The translations under genes and the position numbers were made by a program. A model generated the notes under the pieces. That model was not told the origin of the DNA and made no database searches. It was given only the letters and a program-made list of their open reading frames with translations. From Oopsacas minuta (taxonomy: Eukaryota > Animalia > Porifera), in assembly GCA_024704765.1 (NCBI GenBank), contig JAKMXF010000033.1, positions 310,001 to 374,000 of the forward strand: a stretch of 64,000 nt of DNA, given 5' to 3'. Within the stretch, counting starts at the first letter, position 1. Each line of letters starts with the position of its first letter. Shown here one piece after another: positions 56,345 through 64,000 of this stretch.

Positions 56345-58018
56345 ATGAACATACATCCTAGATTCAACACACGACAATTCTCTACTATGTCTTTCGAGGA
56401 AATAGACATAGGTTCCTTCTCGACTGCTAAAGCTACTCCGCTTCCTCCACTCAAAGAGCAGTACATCTGTTTTTCTGAGTTTGCAGACACAGTCCGTATC
56501 GTTACCCCTCATCAAATACTGAAACCACAGGCTGACAGGGAATGGCCCACTGACCCTGTGTCCTTATTAGAACTCACTCTAGACGGTTTTCCTAGCGCTA
56601 AACTAAAGAAGCATGTCCGTAAATTTGTGCCTTGTGAGTTTCGTCGTAAGATGTGGCTTATATTATCCGGTGGTGACCGGATGATGCAGAAATACCCGAG
56701 TTACTATCTTGACCAATCTGCTAAGGTACAGCATGTTGGAGTTCCACCTAGTTTCGGTAACCCTTACGACACAGAGATATTTCCACTGACGAAAGAAGGT
56801 CATGATTGTAGAGACCGTGTCCTACGTGTGATCGCTGTATCACAACCAAATATTACTTACTGCCCTCTTCTAGCTGTGACAGTGAGTATGCTCCTATGCT
56901 TCATGGGGGAGGAAGAATCATTCTTTGTCATTCTAGGTTTGTTTGAATCGGAAAAGCTAGAACACTCGAGACCAGGAGTAATCGCAGAGCGTAACACTCT
57001 CGGGGATCTCACCTATAACAAAGCAAGGGCCGTATGGAAAGCTCTTTACCAGATAGCTTACTCAGTAGACCCTGAGGCATCTCTAAACAGTCTCTATCCT
57101 CTGTTTGAAAACTGGGAAGCATGGATATTCCAATGCTTATTCTTCTGGGCATTAGTTCGTATTCTAGACTGCTATTTCGTTGAGGGCCCTAAGATATTCT
57201 ACCGGATTGGAGTATCAATCGTAATCCTGTTTCATAAATACGTTCTGAAACCAGGCAACAAAGATCTAGTCAACCTTAAGGAGGAATTGAGACATTTTGC
57301 CTCACATCTGCCCGTATCTGACACTGAGCTCCTAGACACTGGATTTAACATCCCGAACCTATCTCGTAGTCTGATCCAGAAATTCTACAAACGTCATGTG
57401 CTATTGAACCTCAGTCGTATCTCTTCTAACCCTGATCAAATAGTGATACCAGCTCCCAAACCGGATAAAGCGTCCAAGATAATCGCAACTGAAGAAGACT
57501 GGTTCAATCTATGGCAGTGGTTACCCGAACGGTTCCAGATATGTGCCCCACAGAAAATATTCGAAAGTGAGATTCATGGATACAACCTGACGCGTCTCTA
57601 CGAGGTGTTAGAAGATACAGAACCATTTATTCTCCTCATAAAAACCGTCAAGAAAGAGGTATTCGGTGCGTATTGCAGTGTGTCACTGACAAACCGTTTC
57701 AAAGAAGGGGAACTGCATTTTTTCGGGACTGGAGAAACTTTTCTATTTTCGTTTTGTTTCTCACCGCCAAAAAAGTTCCCTTGGGTGGGTCTACACCAGA
57801 GTAAGGGAGTTACTGACATGTTCTTGGCAGGGAATGACAGTTATATTGTCGTAGGCGGTGGGGATGGAGGGTTTGGGATATACCTTGACCATGAGCTGAA
57901 TAATGGCAGTACTACGACATGTAGTACCTTCAATAATTCACCGTTATGTCCTACACCCAACGGGGAGTTTACTTGTACAGCCGTAGAAGTGTACGGATTC
58001 TCTGACGAAGATGTGTAG
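56345..58018 (+). CDS. TBC1D24: TBC/TLDc domain protein
   Basis: Intronless 557 aa. N-terminal TBC (LKKHVRK..P...RRKMW, YCPLL, RILDCYFVEGPKIFYRIG) and C-terminal TLDc (HGYNL, EVFGAY, FFGTGETFLF, IVVGGGDG..GIYLD, CSTFNNSPL, VEVYGF). Confidence 0.92.
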   Translation: MNIHPRFNTRQFSTMSFEEIDIGSFSTAKATPLPPLKEQYICFSEFADTVRIVTPHQILKPQADREWPTDPVSLLELTLDGFPSAKLKKHVRKFVPCEFRRKMWLILSGGDRMMQKYPSYYLDQSAKVQHVGVPPSFGNPYDTEIFPLTKEGHDCRDRVLRVIAVSQPNITYCPLLAVTVSMLLCFMGEEESFFVILGLFESEKLEHSRPGVIAERNTLGDLTYNKARAVWKALYQIAYSVDPEASLNSLYPLFENWEAWIFQCLFFWALVRILDCYFVEGPKIFYRIGVSIVILFHKYVLKPGNKDLVNLKEELRHFASHLPVSDTELLDTGFNIPNLSRSLIQKFYKRHVLLNLSRISSNPDQIVIPAPKPDKASKIIATEEDWFNLWQWLPERFQICAPQKIFESEIHGYNLTRLYEVLEDTEPFILLIKTVKKEVFGAYCSVSLTNRFKEGELHFFGTGETFLFSFCFSPPKKFPWVGLHQSKGVTDMFLAGNDSYIVVGGGDGGFGIYLDHELNNGSTTTCSTFNNSPLCPTPNGEFTCTAVEVYGFSDEDV

Positions 58019-59200
58019 AACGATAGATGTAATTATTTATACGTATTTATTATTAGTATTGTATATTTGGCCTTTTGGGGATTTGTTTCCGTCACTTGTC
58101 AGTTGTCACTTTTGTATAGTAACTACAAATTATTTATTCTTCTATTTGTTTGCTAGTTATTCACTCAATTACCTTAACACTTGTATCATTATTAGTTTAT
58201 AAACTTAGACTGTCTTTTTTTGCTTGGTTTCTTTTGCTACACATTTTTGATTACAGATAAATTAACCTCAATTTTACCTTCCCGTTGTAAGCAATGTAAA
58301 TTGAAACGTATCTTTTGGGACAATATTGTGATACGTATTGTAACATCTAGCCGATATATGAGAATTTAATCATAACAGTATATTATATCCTATGCACAAG
58401 AGGACATACCATTGCTCCACTCTCCAAATTTCCGTTATCATTCATCTTTACAGTATCAGTCAATATATAATTACAAGTACTTCTGTTAGCGAATTTATTT
58501 GCTCCAAACATAACCATTTGAAATTTTGATGAGTCAACAATGTTGACAAAGCAATTTCATACAGTTTGGAGTGTCATAACTATTATTATCGATGAATAAG
58601 ATAACAATATGAATAATCAGCTGATGTTTTAGCCCTAATTAGCACACTCACACAATAAGCTGTTTATAGCTGTTTAGTGTTCATATGAACTCTCATTATA
58701 TCATATTTATCAAGTACACTACAACCTTTGTTTATCCCAAACAGCACATGCTCAGCACTATTTAAGTGTATTAATTAAGGTTTGTGGTCTTTCACTATTC
58801 GTCCTGATTATCTGTCTTACTTAATCTTAAAATTATTTCCGCTAACACTTCAGAATTTCCGGTAAATCCACAATTTTACGCATATATTAACAACACGGTC
58901 ATACGAGCAAAAATCTTTACAAACGTTTTAACACTACAAATATTTACGAATCACTTCAGAGATGAACTAAGCCTATTCGTGGTCAAACTGCCCGTTAGTT
59001 ATATAACTAATTGGATGTATGGATCAGGGTTTATCTGAGATTTGAGTGTATTCGAAAATATCAAAATTCATATATGATAAATTTTCTGATGGTTTTACAA
59101 TAAATGGTAGTTATGTCCATTATTCTGTATTTCCTAATGCAATTCAAATTACTTTACGCCATTATACTAGCTTTATAGCCTAGACAGAGCTGATCCGTCT

Positions 59201-62200
59201 ATGGCCACAGATTTCATATCACAACGCGAAAACTCTCCCACAAATTGCATGTCACAGCCTCAGCGAGGAGTTCAAGCCTTACCTCAACACCTCAGTCAGG
59301 ATCCGTCCCAGCCGGACTCTGAGCTCAATCTGGACGAAATGCTTAGTCTGGCATGTCGACAGGGCAAGCAGGACATTGTGGAGATTTTATTGGGCAGTGG
59401 AGCTGATTACCGACACAGGAATAAAGCTGGTAACACTCCGTTATTAGAAGCATGTAGTCAGGGTCATGTGGCTATAGCTCGTGTCCTGTTAGACCGTAAT
59501 GCTGAGATAGATATGTCTACTGAGACTACATGTGACTCTCCTCTCACCTGGGCTTGTACCCTCGGAAAAGAAGAGGTGAGTAGTTATCTTATTCCTAAGA
59601 ATAGAAATTTGTCCACCAAATTAAAATCTGCTAGGATATCTGTATGGCAATACTTACACTAGCTGTTCCCAACCTTTTTACCCATATATTGCAATACAAA
59701 TTTTGAGATCCTGTGGTCTTTGCTGTTATGCGTGGACCACCAAGGTGTCCATGGACGCAGGTTGGGACCCGTTGACGTGCACCATTTTGGAAGCAGTTTC
59801 TTTCATTTTTATGTATTGTCATGACGATTCATGACACTCCTTTAACCCTCGTTACGTAATCAGGCCGAAGTGAATGAGAAAGTTTGATTCATAGAACACC
59901 CAGGTAGCTTAAAAACTGATATCCATGTGTTTCTAATTATAGAGTATCGTAATAGCATAGAGGTCTAAATATAGCTACACTGTCCTCCAATGACGTCAAA
60001 TGACTCACTAAATACTTAATTATGGTTGAGCGGGGTTTCTTGAGAATTTCAAAATTGTGTAATCGATTTTGATTCAATTCAGCTGATTATTTTGTCCAGA
60101 TTCCTTCTTGAAATTCAAATGACGAATACTTGCACAGTTATGACTTTATTAGTGGAGACGTTCAGATTTAAACATGAATGGAATTTAAATTGTGTATTGT
60201 TCTATTATCGCACATTCCTAACGCTTTATTTTATACATTTCTAATAGGTAGTTGAACTTCTATTACAACGCAAAGCTAATGTAGAGCATCGTACTAAAGA
60301 TGGCTGTACAGCACTAATGTTTGCAGCTCTTGCTGGTCACGTCAGTGTAGTCAATTTCCTCCTAAGCAAGGGAGCACAACTTAATGTAGAGAGCGATTCT
60401 AATAAGGACAGTCCACTCACGTTTGCCTGTTGGAAGGGACATGTTGATGTAGTAGCACTATTGCTTAAGAACGGAGCTGATATAGAGCATAGGACCAAGG
60501 AAGGATTCACACCTCTTATGTTCGCAGCACTAGGTGGACATACTGAAGTGAGTATTCTATCGACAGAAATATAAGGAGATCTTGTCCATGGTTCAATTGA
60601 TTCCTTCAATGGTCTAGGCCCCCAAAAATACCCCACAATGTAACCTCCACAAATGAGGTGTCAGGGACGCCGAAAAATGCTACCCGTTTAACCGTCTCTG
60701 CCTAATTCTTCGTTTTGTGGAGGTTCTTTTATATGGGAGTAGTAGCTCGCTCTATTCCGTTTCCAGAAGTTCAACAGGCCCCAGTTTTGTGGAGGTTTTA
60801 CTGTATCAAATTAGCACTAGTTTCTAAGAAGTTCTAATTTATCGTAATTTCCCCTCATTCACTTTCTCCTATTCAGGTAGCTCGATTATTGCTCAAACAT
60901 GACGCTCAGGTAAATGTACCATCAGGAAGTAACAATGATATTCCATTGACCAGCGCCTGTTGGAAGGGACACCCAAATGTAGTAGAACTGCTTCTAACCT
61001 ACAGATCAAATATAGAACACAGGACTAAGGATGGATGTACCCCCCTGATGCTAGCTTCAAGAGAAGGACATTTATTAGTAGCTAAACTGTTATTGGAGAG
61101 AGGAGCAAAGGCAAGAACATAAATACAATAAAACTGAATTCTTATTAACCGTATTCGTATAATAGTTAGAAGTTACGTTTTGTTTGTTCGCAGGTGAATC
61201 AGCCTAGTGGCTCTGAAAACAACATTCCATTGACACTAGCCTGTTGGAAGGGACATTGTGACGTAGTAGAACTGTTACTACATTTCAACAGTGAGCTTGA
61301 GCACAGAAACAAAGCTGGATGTTCCCCTCTCATGCTAGCCTCTAGAGAAGGACATTTTGAAGCTACCTATCTACTTCTCAAACATGGTGCTCAACTGAAT
61401 GAGCCCTCTGGTGGTAATGACGATACTCCACTGACGCTAGCCTGTTGGAAGGGACATGAAAGAGTGGTGAAACTTCTCCTGGAGTACAGAAGCACGATAG
61501 ACCATCAAACAAAAACAGGCTGTACTCCGTTAATGGAGGCCACGAGAGAGGGCCACGTACATGTTGTTAAAATGCTCCTCTTACACCAAGCTGATGTAGA
61601 GACCCCTGACAACTACGGACAATCTCCTCTGTTCATGGCTTGTTGGAAGGGACATTCCGATGTGGCAAACCAGTTGCTACACTATGGAGCAAATAGGGAA
61701 TCTCGTACTAAGACTGGAATAACTCCTTTATTTCAAGCATGTAGAGAGAACCATGTAGAAGTCGTTAGGCTGCTGTTAATAAACGGATGCTCTGTGAATT
61801 CTCCTTTCCCTAATAGCAGGGAATGCCCCCTTACTCTAGCAGCTGAGAAGGGATTCGTAGAGCTAGTAGATCTCCTGCTGTCTAGAGATGTTATCGTAGA
61901 TTGTCGTACTAAGAAGGGATCTACTCCTTTCTTCTTAGCCTGTAAAGACGGACACTTAGAAATAGCTAAAGCTCTTTCTGAGAACGGAGCTGCTATAGAG
62001 ATGTCAGATTATCGGAACACCACGCCGCTCCTAGCTTCTTTTCGTAACGGACATTGTCATGTAGTAGACTGGCTGCTCAAACAAATAGGACACTTACCAT
62101 CAGACGAGGAGTGCCGTAAAACTCTAACTCCATCATCTAGCAATAACGACAAGGAACTACAGAGTGCTAAGAACCGATGTATGGAGCTTATACGTAAAGC

Positions 62201-64000
62201 TAAACATGCTCAGGAGAGAGCTGCCATGCATGTAGCTAAGATATTATGTGATGAAGTAGATGCTGAAAAAGAGAAGAGATTGAATAAACGTAAGGCTCAA
62301 GCAAGGAAGAAATCTAAACGTAAAGAGAAGAGAAAATTAAAGAAAGAAGTTTCAACTGATGTCCAGCCTAAATCAGACCCAATCCCCTGTTCCCCTGGTA
62401 TCCACCTGCCTAGTGCCATAGAGGAGCACACCTACTCAACCAGTGCTCCCGAGAAACTCTACCCCTCTCTAGCGATTTCTCTCCTCTCCTCTCCTCGTTC
62501 CTCTACACCTCCTCATTACGCGATAGCTCCCAGGCAGGACTTCGTGCTAGCCGTTAGACATGCCTCCCCTCCTCCAACAGATTTCCAAGTAGCTCCTCTC
62601 TTGACAGCGGTATCATCTCTAGAGTCTCTGGACACTGCTTCTGATCACGCCCCTATCCATCACCAGCGTGATAGCTCCTTCTCAGACTTTGAAGATTCAG
62701 AGCTAAATCTTCCAGGTGATAATGACGACTACTATTCTAACGGGTCTAATTACTCAGATCCTCTTGATGCTCACAGCTCTCTTAACCCCAGCACCCCTAT
62801 GAGCATATCAACAGCTCACAGGAATTACAGTCCTTCCCATTCACCTCTCAATTCTCTCAGTCGTATAACAGATCTAACTCCACCGGACTCTCCCGTCAGT
62901 TCGACTAGGCTGACAAGTTACTCGCCCCCTAGGGCTAGCTACACCCCTCAAGATGAACCTCATCAGCTGTCTGTCAGATGTCAATTCCCTCCAACTTATA
63001 AACTAACCAAGTTAGACAGTCACGATTCTTCTGATAGCCAGTTTAGAAGCCGGCCTAATTCTCTCCGCTCCAATATCTCTTCTAGGTCACACAAACCTCG
63101 ACCAGAGATGTGGTCCCCTAAGAAGAAAGCTCCCCCTGCCCCGTGGAGCAAGCATTACCCATCTCTCCCTAACGACAACTGTGAGACACACCCCCATACA
63201 GCTGTCCAGGTCCCATCCCCCCTCAGTCCAGCTACATACTCACAAGTGACTAGCAACACCTTCTCTCATCGACCCTCTCCAGCTCTCTACCCAATCAGAT
63301 CCTTCCCGTCCCCCAGTAGACCCAGAGAGAAATACGTGAACGCTAGCCCCACCCCCAATTCACACCCTGAGAGCCGTACAGATAGTCGAGCCAGTGAAGA
63401 GGAGGGTGAGATCATGAAGGGGACCAAAAACCTCCATGTCTCCGTGTCCAATTCTCTAGTAGGCCGTATAATCGGTAAAGCCGGCAGCAGGATTAATCAA
63501 ATAACGAATATATCTGGAGCTCATATTCATGTATCCAGACCTAATACAAAAAGCCAGGAGAGAATAATCACTATAAAAGGTACAGATAAATCTATTGGGC
63601 TAGCTAAGCACCTGATTAGCGAAGCTCTAAGTACTCCAGATAAAGATGTGGACTTCCATCAGATCGTGGAATGTGACAAAATTAATGGGAGAGAAGAGGA
63701 TATATATGAGACACCTGATAAAGGATTAAACTTAGAAAATCCACACCTTAAATCCCTCACAAGTTCTCAAAGCAGTTTCACACAAGTACCGACAGAGGTG
63801 GAGCTGGAATCGGAACATGTACCTCCTGTAGAATCGACCCCTAACGAGGTGACAAGACAACAAGAGGTCCCTGACTCATGTCGTCCTACTTCTAACCCAG
63901 CTCCCGAAACTACTCCACTCTCAGAGCCAGCTCTCCTGCCCAGTAATCTTGAAACACAAAAAAGCTATGGGGCTATTGGACAAGAGGTCTGCTCCCGTTT
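59201..64000 (+). CDS. ANKHD1: Mask / ankyrin-repeat and KH-domain protein (ANKHD1/ANKRD17 family), 3' incomplete
   Basis: Exons 59201-59575, 60248-60547, 60877-61110 (GC donor) and 61194 to beyond 64000. About 17 ankyrin repeats, a Lys-rich coiled coil, a Pro/Ser-rich linker and a KH domain (VGRIIGKAGSRINQITNISGAHIHV) at about 63420-63630 in the same frame. Confidence 0.92.
60636..60803. mobile_element. MITE in Mask intron 2
   Basis: CAATGTAACCTCCACAAA ... TTTGTGGAGGTTTTACTG|TA (TIR 15/18) with an internal TTTGTGGAGGTT repeat. Confidence 0.75.

Overview
AT-rich, gene-dense eukaryotic (animal) genomic DNA with few, short introns. The compact architecture and gene content suggest a sponge, possibly a glass sponge (Hexactinellida); this is inference only. 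The window holds about 23 protein-coding genes: the 5' part of cytoplasmic dynein heavy chain, an NHL propeller, two tandem calmodulin-like genes, EVG1, a flavin amine oxidase next to an aldonolactone-oxidase-family FAD enzyme, LMAN1/ERGIC-53, an N-terminally short actin-like ORF, a very large GVIN/URGCP-type GTPase, two divergent Maf/CNC-like bZIPs, RNF217, DPH2, a PepT transporter, an orphan ORF, PRPF4, a bacterial-type class V aminotransferase, ZIP7, STK16, GPS1/CSN1, TBC1D24 and the 5' part of Mask/ANKHD1. It also has one initiator tRNA-Met and more than 20 TA-flanked Tc1/mariner-type MITEs. Top findings: (1) 16 of 23 start codons sit 0-6 nt behind a TAG/CAG, a signature expected from spliced-leader trans-splicing, alongside tight co-oriented gene runs that may be operons; (2) a splice-compatible in-frame path joins the amine oxidase to the lactone-oxidase-family enzyme as a 1106-aa two-flavin protein; (3) ZIP7 carries about 46 copies of an acidic 11-aa repeat in its lumenal domain; (4) an actin-like protein lacks the P1 loop; (5) a 313-bp palindrome has a MITE at its exact centre. 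All exon models were built by eye and are unverified by transcript data. No CRISPR array or rRNA was seen.
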